A program made the position numbers and the translations under genes. The notes under the pieces were generated by a model that saw only the letters and a list, made by a program, of their open reading frames with translations, did not search any database and was not told the DNA's origin. From the NCBI GenBank assembly GCA_963748625.1, contig CAVVJT010000007.1:1088001-1152000 (forward strand): 64,000 nt of DNA, written 5' to 3'. This DNA is from an uncultured Chloroflexia bacterium (lineage in GTDB: Bacteria; Chloroflexota; Limnocylindria; Limnocylindrales; CSP1-4). Shown here in pieces: positions 10,901-20,042 of the stretch (position 1 is the first letter of the stretch; each line of letters starts with the position of its first letter).

Positions 10901-13900
10901 CCCGTCCGGCAGGTTCGTGGCGGTGCATGTCACGAGCCCTGCCACGACGGATGTCTCCAGCTGCGTCCGCACCAGCGCCGACAACGACTACTGGCCCAAG
11001 GCCCTGGCCCTGGGCAACTCCGCATCGGTGAGCACGCAGGACGTCATCGACGTCCGCGGCAAGGCTCGCTGGTACCGGATCCCGGTCGTGCCCGACCAGC
11101 GCGTCACGGTGCGCCTCAAGAACCTGCCGGCGGACTACGACCTCGCGGTGTTCAAGGACATCGCGAAGGAGTTCGCCGCCCAGCTGGCGCCCGAGGACAC
11201 CACCGACCTGACCAGGCTCTCGGCAGAGTTCGCGCCCTCGGTGTTCAGCCCGAGCGTGTTCAGCCCGAGCGTGTTCAGCCCGAGCGTGTTCAGCCCCGAC
11301 GCCTACGCGCCGTCGGTGTTCAGCCCCTCGGTGTTCAGCCCGAGCGTGTTCAGCCCCTCGGTGTTCAGCCCGAGCGTGTTCAGCCCCTCGGTGTTCAGCC
11401 CGAGCGTGTTCAGCCCCTCGGTGTTCAGCCCGAGCGTGTTCAGCCCCTCGGTGTTCAGCCCCGAGCGTGTTCAGCCCCAGCGTGTTCAGCCCGAGCGTGT
11501 TCAGTGAGGAGGACGTCGCGCGCGCCTTCTCGTCCGCCCAGACACGGAGCCTGATCGGCGTGTCGGCCCAGGCCGGGCCGGGCGACGAGTCGGTCGTCGT
11601 GAACTCGTGGAACAACACGGGCGACGTCTACATCCGGGTCTCCGGCCGCTCCGGCGCCTTCGACCTGGACGGCCTGTTCACGGTCGAGATCGAGAAGTCG
11701 GCCAGCACGTGCGACGGTGTCACCGACACCACGCTCACGCCGCGCGCCGACGCGCCTTCGGCTGGTGTCCAGTCGGTCATCCTCACCGACTCCTCGATCC
11801 TGCAGCTCGGCGACGCGGGCAACCCCGCATCGCTCCGCGCGTCGCTCGACGACTTCATCGCGAGCAGGGAGGTCGCCGGCATCCCCGTGGATGCTCTCGT
11901 GGATGTCGCGGGCGACGTTCGCGTCGGCGAGCTCAAGGCCCAGGTCGCAGCGCATCCGGCCTGCCCGTTCGCCGTCAACCTCCTCGCGGAGGAGATCAAG
12001 GGGATCGTGGACTCGTACCGGGCGAACAACCCCGGCCTGCGCTACGTGACCATCCTCGGCGGCGACACCGTCATCCCGTTCTTCCGCTACCCCGACCAGA
12101 GCCTCCTGGGCCAGGAGTCCGGCTACTTCCCGCCGGTGAAGAGCGACTCGATCTCCGAGGCGAGCCTCCGCAGGGACTACGTCCTCAGCCAGGACGCCTA
12201 CGGCTCCGGCGTGTCGGTCTCGCTCCGGATCAACAGCTTCCCCGTCCCGGGCCTGGCCGTCGGCCGGCTGGTGGAGACCCCGTCCGAGATCGCGGCGCTG
12301 CTGGACGCCTACGTGACGGCCAACGGCACGATCACCCCGGAGACGTCGCTCGTCACGGGTTACGACTTCCTGGAGGACGCCGCCAAGGGCGTCCGCGACG
12401 AGCTCGCCGCCGGCACGGGCACGGCACCCGACGACACCCTCATCACGCCCAACGGCGTCTCACCCAGTGATCCGCAGTCGTGGACCGCGGACCAGTTGCG
12501 GGCCAAGCTGCTGACGGGCGGCCGGCACGACCTCGTGTACCTGGCCGGGCACTTCTCGGCCAACAGCGCGCTGGCGGCCGACTTCAGCACCAGCGTCATC
12601 ACCACCGAGCTTGCAGCGTCGAGCGCGAACCTGGTCAACACGATCGTGTTCAGCGCCGGCTGCCACTCCGGGTACAACCTGCTCGACGCCGAGGCGCTTC
12701 CGGGCGCGTCGCTCCCGCTCGACTGGGCGCAGGCGTTCTCGCAGAAGCGCGCGATCCTGCTCGCCGGGACCGGCTACCAGTACGGGGACACCGACTTCCT
12801 CGAGTACAGCGAGCGGCTCTACCGTGACTTCGCCCGTGAGCTGCGGACCGGCACCATCGGCACCGCGGTCTCCATCGGCGAGGCGCTCCGCAATGCCAAG
12901 CTCACATATCTGTCCACGACCCCCGACATCCGGGGAATCCACGAGAAGGCGCTCCTCGAGGCGACCCTGTTCGGTCTGCCGATGTGGGGCGTGGACATGG
13001 ACGGCCAGCGGACCGGGACCCCGGGAGCCGGCACGGGGATCGCGCCGGCTCCGGTCACGAGCGGTCCCGCCTCGACGCTGGGCCTCGCCACGGCGCCGCT
13101 CCTGATCACCCCGAACCTGGGCCCCCGCAAGACCCTCGACCTCGTGAACGCCCCGTACACCAACCCGGCCGACACCACGACCGCGTCGTGGTACGAGGGC
13201 CCGGGTGGCGCCGTGACCACCAACCCCGCGGAACCGACGCTCCCGCTGCTCGTCCGCAACGTCACCTCGACGACCAGCGGCTATGTCCTGCGGGGGATCG
13301 GCTTCCGGGGCGGCAGCTACACGGACACCTCCGCGGTCACGCCGCTCACGGGTGCCCCCACGACCGAGCTGCGCGGGGTGCACGCACCCTTCGTCTCGCC
13401 CGTCTTCTTCCCGATGCGACCGTGGACGCCGAACTACTTCGGGGCGCTCGGCGGATCGGGTGGCACCAACCTGCTCACGACGCCCGTCCAGTACCGGGCC
13501 GACCCTGCCAACCCGGGCAAGGGCATCGAGCGCAAGTACACGGGCCTGGAGCTGAAGCTGTTCTACAGCAACAACCTCACCACGGCTGCCCTCTCCGAGG
13601 CACCGACCATCGTCAGCGTCGAGGCCGTCCCCGACGGCAGCGATCTCATCTTCTCCGCGGAGGTCGTGGGTGATCCAAAGGCCGCGGTCCACACCGTCTG
13701 GGTGACCTGGACCACCGGGACCGGGACGTGGGCACCGCTCGACCTCGCCCAGTGCGTGGCCCCGCTGCCGGCCGCCTGCGGAACGACGGAAGACTCACGG
13801 ATCTGGCGCGGCCGGCTGCTGAACAGCCCCGCGAACATCCAGTACGTGATCCAGGCCGCGAACGGCCTCGGCATGGTGTCGCTCAGCGACAACCTCGGGG

Positions 13901-15435
13901 CGTACTTCGGCCAGGCGGCTGCGGCCCCGTCGGCGGCGACCCTCGAGCTCGTCGATCCGCCCACCTCGGGCACCTTCGGCGAGACGAGGCCTGTCACCGT
14001 GCGGCTGACCTCGGGCACGACCGATGTCGGCGGCCGGACCGTCTTCGTCACCATCGGCGGCACAACCGCCTCGGGCACGACGGACGCGAACGGGCGCACA
14101 ACGGTCAACGTGCCGCTGAGCTCGCTGCCGGGTGCGACCCAGGTGAGCGCCTCGTTCGGCGGTGACGACACGTATGGCGCGGCCTCGGCGCCGGGCCAGC
14201 CGTTCAGCATCGGGAAGGCGGCGAGCAGCCTGGCAGTCACCGCCGGACAGAACCCGGTGGATTACGCCGCCGGCACCACCGTCAGCGCCACCCTCTCGAG
14301 CGGCGGCACGCCGCTGCTCCAGCGGACGGTCGCCTTCCTCGTCACCGCGCCGGGAGGGTCGACGACCCTCGCGTTGCGGACGACCGACTTCACCGGCAAG
14401 GCAACCCTCAACCTGCCTTCGGGGACCGTCGGGTCGTACGGGGTCGAAGCCCGCTTCGGGTCCGTGGTCAACGTCCCCGGCGGCGGCACGGTCGACCTGA
14501 CCGACGCGACCTACGGAGCGGCGGCGCAGGAGGTGACCGTGACGATGACGGCCGCGACCGTGACGACCGTCACGCTGGTGCGGTCGCCGCAGCCGTACGT
14601 GTACGACAGTTCCCCGTTCGGGGCGACCGCTGGCGTCACCGGCCCGGGACTCGACACGACCCTCAGCCCAACCTATACGGGTACGACCTTCGCCGGCAAC
14701 GTCTACGGCCCGACGGCCACCGCTCCGACCGATGCCGGCAGCTACCGGGCGACCGCAACCTACGCCGCCAGCGGCGGCTACGTCGCCAGCGAGGCCTCCG
14801 TCGACTACGTCGTCGGCAGGGCTGCCTCGACGGTGACGCTGACCCTCAACGGCACCTCGCCGTTCCCGTTCGACGGCCAGCCGCACGGCGCCACAGCCGT
14901 CGCGTCGGGGGTCGGCGGTCTCAACGTGCCCCTGACCGTGACCTACTCGGGCACGGGCTCGACGGTCTATCCATCGACGACCACGGCTCCGACCGCCGCG
15001 GGCTCCTACATCGCACAGGCCACCTACCTGGGCGGATCCAACCACACCGGCAACGCGGCCAGCGCCGCATTCACCATCGTGCCGTGGCCGTTCACCGGGT
15101 TCTTCGCCCCGGTGGACAACCTGCCGACGCTGAACACGGCGACGGCGGGACAGACGATCCCCGTCAAGTTCAGCCTGGGGGGCAACCGGGGCCTGGCGAT
15201 CTTCCAGCCCGGCTACCCCAGGGCCGTGACCGTCGCGTGCCAGGCGAACGCCACGCTCGACGTCATCGAGGAAGTGTCGACGGCCACGACGAGCGGGCTC
15301 CAGTACGACGCCACGACGAACCGCTACCAGTACAACTGGAAGACGGCCAAGACCATGGCGGGCAAGTGCTGGCAGCTCCAGCTCGGCCTGAAGGACGGCA
15401 GCACCGCCGCCCTGGCGAACTTCAAGTTCAAGTAG
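7908..15435 (+). CDS. Large secreted multidomain protein (~2508 aa if one extra C at 11459-11462 is removed): signal peptide, parallel beta-helix, GON-like, split PPC-like, C25-like peptidase, Ig/MBG, PxKF domain
   Basis: ORFs 7845..11507 and 11467..15435 join inside the repeat. Motifs: signal ending APARA; DDSGAGTLRQAI; GNRIGTNAAG repeats; VILGGD-like TILGGDTVIPF, AVGRL, AGHF, SAGCHSG; PTDAGSY; C-terminal IPVKFSL. Start codon uncertain (ATG 7908 follows GAGG). Confidence 0.8.
11235..11505 (+). repeat. Coding pentapeptide tandem repeat, 17 PSVF(S) units (4 + DAYA interruption + 13)
   Basis: GTGTTC recurs every 15 nt (4 copies at 11241-11291, 13 at 11316-11502). Units alternate AGCCCCTCGGTGTTC and AGCCCGAGCGTGTTC, giving a 30 nt higher-order period. 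Confidence 0.97.
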
Positions 15436-15471
15436 ACCCGCCCGGGCGTCCATCCGGCGTCCGGACGCACG

Positions 15472-15500
15472 ACGGCCCCGCCAAACGGCGGGGCCGTTTC
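15472..15500 (+). terminator. Intrinsic terminator-like hairpin after the large gene
   Basis: ACGGCCCCGCC-AAAC-GGCGGGGCCGT (11 bp stem) followed by TTC. Confidence 0.75.
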
Positions 15501-15533
15501 ATGTCCGGCGTGACCAGTCGCCCGGAATCACGA

Positions 15534-15555
15534 ACGGCGCCCTTGCGGGCGCCGT
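15534..15555 (-). terminator. Terminator-like hairpin after rpmE
   Basis: Minus strand ACGGCGCCC-GCAA-GGGCGCCGT, GNRA loop, about 40 nt after the rpmE stop. Confidence 0.7.
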
Positions 15556-15595
15556 CTGCGATCGCGTGGCCGGCCGGGGCATGCCCGGCGGCTGG

Positions 15596-15808
15596 TCAGG
15601 CGCGGGCCTGGCGCTCGAGGCGGCGCTGGAAGCGCTCGACCTGGCCGGCGGTGTCGATGATGTTCTGCTTGCCCGTGTAGAACGGATGGCAGTTGCTGCA
15701 GACGTCGATCCGCAGCTCATCGCGGGTTGATCCAACCTCGAACTCCGTGCCGCAGGAACCGCAGTGGACCTTGGCCTGGCTGTAACGAGGGTGTGTTTTC
15801 GGCTTCAC
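15596..15808 (-). CDS. rpmE: 50S ribosomal protein L31 (zinc-binding type)
   Basis: MKPKTHPRY...CGSCG...DVCSNCHPFYTGKQ. Confidence 0.97.
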   Translation of the reverse strand: MKPKTHPRYSQAKVHCGSCGTEFEVGSTRDELRIDVCSNCHPFYTGKQNIIDTAGQVERFQRRLERQARA

Positions 15809-15874
15809 AGGTGCTCCTTCGACGCCGTCCGAACGGGTCCGTGCCCGCCGGTGGCCGCCGCTGTCGGGTGCGGT

Positions 15875-16156
15875 CTAGGCCTCGGCCGCGACCGGCTCGG
15901 TCACAACCGGGATGATCCGGACCCGCTTCTTGGACTTGGTCTCGTGCTCGAAGCGCACCCTACCGGTGATCTTCGCGTAGATCGTGTAGTCCTTGCCAAG
16001 GCCGACGTTCTCGCCGGCCTTGAAGGTCATGCCGCGCTGCCGGACGATGATCGACCCTGCCGGCACGAGCTGGCCGTCGCCGCACTTGGTGCCAAGTCGC
16101 TGGCCAACGGAGTCGCGGCCGTTCTTCGAGCTCGAGCCCGCTTTCTTGTGCGCCAT
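15875..16156 (-). CDS. rpmA: 50S ribosomal protein L27
   Basis: [16 protein letters not shown]...IIVRQRG. Confidence 0.98.
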   Translation of the reverse strand: MAHKKAGSSSKNGRDSVGQRLGTKCGDGQLVPAGSIIVRQRGMTFKAGENVGLGKDYTIYAKITGRVRFEHETKSKKRVRIIPVVTEPVAAEA

Positions 16157-16159
16157 CGC

Positions 16160-16855
16160 TTACTCGTCCTTCTTCGCGCGAGTCGTGCGCTTCTTCGGCG
16201 CCGCCTCGGTTGTCTCGGTCTCGGCGGCCGACTCATCCGCGGGGGAAGCGTCGGCCTCGGGGGCGTCGGCCTCGGCGGCCTCGGTGGCCTCGGTGGCCTC
16301 GGCGACAGCTTCGGCCTCAGGGGCCTCGGCGGGAGCGGCCTTGGCGCGGGACTTCTTCGGGGCCGGGGCCTCTTCGGTGGCTTCCTCGGCGGGCGCCTCG
16401 GCCTCCGCCGGAGCGGCGACCTTGAGCGACGCGGCGAGAGCAGCGTCCTGCGCAGCCTGGCGGGCGGCGGCCTCTTCGATCGCCTTGCGGTCGTCAGCCT
16501 GCTTGGGTGCCTTCTCCGCCTTGTCCTCGGCCGCGCTCTTGCCACCGAACGTGATGTCGGCGATGCGCAGGACCGTCAGCTCCTGGCGGTGGCCCTTCTT
16601 GACCCGGCGACGGGCCTTGGGGCGGTACTTGAACGCGATGACCTTGTCACCACGAATGGCGCCGACGACGTCGGCCTGGACAGTTGCGCCGTCCACGATG
16701 GGCTTGCCGACGGCGGCAGTGTCCCCGTCGACAACGAGGAGCACCCGGTCCAGCGTGATGGACTGGCCGGCCTCCACGTCAAGCAGCTCAACCTCGAGCT
16801 GGGTGCCGACCTCGACGCGGTACTGCTTCCCGCCGGTCTCGATGACTGCGTACAT
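16160..16855 (-). CDS. rplU: 50S ribosomal protein L21 with long Ala/Glu-rich C-terminal extension
   Basis: MYAVIETGGKQYRV...KKGHRQELT; GAGG RBS; 231 aa. Confidence 0.95.
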   Translation of the reverse strand: MYAVIETGGKQYRVEVGTQLEVELLDVEAGQSITLDRVLLVVDGDTAAVGKPIVDGATVQADVVGAIRGDKVIAFKYRPKARRRVKKGHRQELTVLRIADITFGGKSAAEDKAEKAPKQADDRKAIEEAAARQAAQDAALAASLKVAAPAEAEAPAEEATEEAPAPKKSRAKAAPAEAPEAEAVAEATEATEAAEADAPEADASPADESAAETETTEAAPKKRTTRAKKDE

Positions 16856-17021
16856 GGGTCCTCGGAAGAGCGATAGCGGCCGCGGGGCGACCGCGACTTT
16901 GACATGGTGAAGCGCCGACGGCCATCGCGGGCGCGAAAGGGGAGTGTAGGACGGATGCGCGAGGACCGTCAACGCTCCCGCCGGCGCGTGGTGGCCGTGC
17001 TGTTGAGCGCAGCCCGGGCGC

Positions 17022-17789
17022 TCAGCGCCTCGGAGGTCGCGGACCTCGCCGTGGCGGCGGGGTCGGCGTCACGGGATCTGCCAGGACGAGGGCCTCCCGG
17101 ACGATGTCCGAGGCCGTGACATCCCGGCCCAGCCCCGCAGCGAGGGCCGCCAGCATCTCCTCCGGCCGTCCCACACCCTTCTCCGGGTCGTGGCGGAGCG
17201 TCATCCCGACGACGCTCGCACCTGCGTCGGCGATCGTCACCGAGAGTCCGTCGATGAAGGGCCGGAGATCGTAGCCGACGAGACGCTCACCCTTCTGGCG
17301 CTCGCGCGGAAGCGACGACGCCGCAAGGAGCCGCTCGCACACGGGTTCGAGCTCGTCCACGGGGGCGTCAACCCGGGCCCGGTAGACCGACGCCACCACC
17401 CGACCCGGGAGCGATGCCTCGCCCAGCCACACGTCGTGCAGGTCCAGGAGCCGGTGCCCGGACGGCATGTTGGCCGCCAGCGCCTCGCGCACGCGCCACA
17501 CGGGCAGGCGCTCGACCAGCCACACGTCAACGAGCTCCGCCTCGCCCGGGATCGATCCGCTCAGTGGCGCCGCCGGCTGGTACCTGGGCCTCGGCTTGGG
17601 GGCGTCCAGGCCCGCGAGCGGCAGTCCGCTGGCAACGAGCGAGGCCTCCCACATCGCCTGCTGCTCCCGCTGCCCGTCGCCTCCCACCGCCGCGCGGGCA
17701 AGCACGAGCCGCCATCGCTGGACAGCGTCACGCAGTACCGGAGGGGGGGTGTCAACCGGCTCGATCGGGTGGTCGGAAGGCTGCTGCAC
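17022..17789 (-). CDS. DUF2344 / radical SAM-linked family protein
   Basis: QRWRL...WEASLVASGLPLA...KPRPR...AAPL....GEAELVD and YDLRP, RPEE motifs; these genes often lie upstream of rplU. Confidence 0.7.
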   Translation of the reverse strand: MQQPSDHPIEPVDTPPPVLRDAVQRWRLVLARAAVGGDGQREQQAMWEASLVASGLPLAGLDAPKPRPRYQPAAPLSGSIPGEAELVDVWLVERLPVWRVREALAANMPSGHRLLDLHDVWLGEASLPGRVVASVYRARVDAPVDELEPVCERLLAASSLPRERQKGERLVGYDLRPFIDGLSVTIADAGASVVGMTLRHDPEKGVGRPEEMLAALAAGLGRDVTASDIVREALVLADPVTPTPPPRRGPRPPRR

Positions 17790-17914
17790 GCGTGCTAGTC
17801 TGCCGCCGATGGCGCCAGCCGTCGCGCACCGCCTCGCAGTCCGCCCTCAACTGGCCGCGCGACGACACGCCCAGCGCCCTTTCCCGGAGGGGATCTCCGC
17901 CACGTGAGCCGCCC

Positions 17915-18655
17915 GTGAGCGTCCCGGACCCGTACAAGGTGCTCCAGGTTGATCCTTCGGCTGAGGCCGACGTGATCGAGGCCGCCTACAAGCGCCTCGC
18001 GAAGCAGTTCCACCCTGACGTCGCCCCGGGTCCCGAGGCGCAGGCGCGCATGGTCCAGATCAACCTTGCCCGCGACGTCCTGCGTGACCCGGTTCGGCGA
18101 GCAGCCATCGATCGGGCACGGGTTCGCGCACAGGCCACCTCGGCCCGGGTCGTCGCCGACGAGGGCCGCACGCACGCGAGGCCGGGCACGCCGCCGAAGC
18201 CCGCAGCCCCCCGAACCGCCCACGCGGCACCCGGCGGGACCCTGCCGCCCGGCACGCCGGATCGACAGACCGGGGCGGCGGCCAGCTGGCCGTTCCCCGG
18301 CATGGCGGATCCGGGCTCCACCTTCGGCGAGCGGATGTCCACGAGCTGGACGTCAGGACGCTCCACCGAGGGGTACCGCTACGACGCGTCGTCCATGGGC
18401 ACGCGCGATGGCCATGGCGCAGCCGGCCCGCCGCCCGGGAGCCCGTCGGGCAGCATCCTGACCTTCGGGCGCTACAGCGGCTGGACCCTGGGAGAGGTGG
18501 CGCGGACGGATCTCGAGTACATCGAGTGGCTCGACCGCATGCCGATTGGACGGCCCTACGCGCCCGAGATCGACGTCCTGCTGCGAGCGCACGGGCGTCG
18601 CGTCGCGGACGCGGACAAGGCCGACCCGCGGCACGGCCTCTTCCGCCGCCGCTAG
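17915..18655 (+). CDS. J-domain (DnaJ N-terminal) protein with a small C-terminal FG(K/R)Y domain
   Basis: DPYKVLQV...AAYKRLAKQFHPD (HPD motif); C-terminal LTFGRYSGWTLGEVARTDLEYIEWL. Confidence 0.85.
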   Translation: MSVPDPYKVLQVDPSAEADVIEAAYKRLAKQFHPDVAPGPEAQARMVQINLARDVLRDPVRRAAIDRARVRAQATSARVVADEGRTHARPGTPPKPAAPRTAHAAPGGTLPPGTPDRQTGAAASWPFPGMADPGSTFGERMSTSWTSGRSTEGYRYDASSMGTRDGHGAAGPPPGSPSGSILTFGRYSGWTLGEVARTDLEYIEWLDRMPIGRPYAPEIDVLLRAHGRRVADADKADPRHGLFRRR

Positions 18656-18719
18656 GGAGCTCTGCCGGGTCGAGCGCATCGCGCACCTCGGCTCGCGGGA
18701 CGATCGTGCGCCCGCCACC

Positions 18720-20042
18720 TCAGGCTGCGGGTGCCGCCTCGGGGTCTGCGGCCGCTGCATCAGCGGCAGCGGCCCGGGGCACCGCCCACGCCAGGAGATA
18801 CGGCGCGGCCACCGTCGTGAGGACAACCGCAACGAGCATCTCGGCGAACAGCGTCGCGTCCACCACGCCGGTTGCCAGGGCCAGGTTCGCGACCACGATG
18901 CCCACCTCACCGCGGGGCACCATGCCGAAGCCGACGGTGACCGATCCCCAGCGCCCGAGGCTCGCGGCGCCGACGATGCCGCCGACCGCCTTGGTCACCA
19001 CGCCGACCAGCGCCAGGGCAATCGCGAACAGCGCCACCTCCGGGTTGAGCATGACCGAGAGGTCCAGCTGGGCCCCCGTCACCGCGAAGAAGAACGGTGT
19101 GAAGATGGAGGCGAGCGGCTTGAACTCCTGCTCCAGCTCGTGCGCTGCCTCCGTCTCGGCGACGATCAGGCCGGCCACGAAGGCACCGATGATCGCCGCA
19201 AGGCCGATGAGGGCCGCGAGCAGCGCAATGGCCAGCATGATCATGAACGCGGGCACAAGCGGCGTGTCGGCGAACAGCGGCCAGGTGAACACGCTGCGCG
19301 GCAGGCCCCGTGCCCTGCGGGCGATCACAAAGCCGAGCAGCACCAGCCCGACGCCCGCAACGCCCACGACCAGCGTCATCACCGACACGCTGCCCTCGGC
19401 GGCGCCCGTTGCGAGCCCGATCAGGACGAGGGCCAGGATGTCGTCCACCAGGGCCGCCCCGATCACCACCCTGGCGAACTTCCGGTCGAGCACGCCCATG
19501 TCACGCAGGACGCGGCTCGTGATGCCGATGCTGGTGGCGGCGAGCGCGAGACCCATGAACACGGCGGCCATCGAGTCGTAGCCCAGGGCCACGGTGAGGC
19601 CGAAACCGCCCGCGAGCGGCAGCAGCGCCCCGATCACCGCGGTCAGCAGCGCCGCCTTGCCCACCTTGAGCAGGTCGTCGGTCTTGACTTCCAGCCCAAC
19701 CGTGAACAGCAGCACGACCACGCCCAGCTCGGCCATGACCTGTGCCGTCTCCCCCGGGATGACCAGGCCCAGCGCATACGGTCCCACGAGGAAGCCACCC
19801 AGCAGCTCACCCACCACGCCGGGCTGCCCGAGTCGGCGGGCGACCTCCTCGCCCAGCTTCGCGCCGAGCAGGAGGATGAACAGGCCGGCCATCGCCTCGG
19901 TGATGCCCTCGGCTCCGCCGGCTCCGAAGCCGGACAGCAGCTCCGGAACAGGCACCCCGGCTGATGCGAGCACGTTCGGTGCGACCACGAATGCGGCGAA
20001 CGCTCCAAGCAGGAGCGCCAGCCGGCGGGGGCCCGCTACCAC
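18720..20042 (-). CDS. Cation:proton antiporter (CPA2 family)
   Basis: GQPGVVGELLGG, ATSIGIT, ALVDD, GAFVAG and MVPRGEV motifs; multi-TM. Confidence 0.9.
   Translation of the reverse strand: MVAGPRRLALLLGAFAAFVVAPNVLASAGVPVPELLSGFGAGGAEGITEAMAGLFILLLGAKLGEEVARRLGQPGVVGELLGGFLVGPYALGLVIPGETAQVMAELGVVVLLFTVGLEVKTDDLLKVGKAALLTAVIGALLPLAGGFGLTVALGYDSMAAVFMGLALAATSIGITSRVLRDMGVLDRKFARVVIGAALVDDILALVLIGLATGAAEGSVSVMTLVVGVAGVGLVLLGFVIARRARGLPRSVFTWPLFADTPLVPAFMIMLAIALLAALIGLAAIIGAFVAGLIVAETEAAHELEQEFKPLASIFTPFFFAVTGAQLDLSVMLNPEVALFAIALALVGVVTKAVGGIVGAASLGRWGSVTVGFGMVPRGEVGIVVANLALATGVVDATLFAEMLVAVVLTTVAAPYLLAWAVPRAAAADAAAADPEAAPAA

Noticed and set aside
11235-11505. Possible CRISPR array
   Set aside because: Contiguous 15/30 nt units with no unique spacers, in frame within a gene, and no cas genes.
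7848-11618. 1256 aa minus-strand ORF with AEHAR/AEHRG repeats, and other long antisense ORFs (e.g. 29068..31533, 25746..28118, 42425..45742)
   Set aside because: Shadows of real genes caused by high-GC codon bias; no recognisable motifs.
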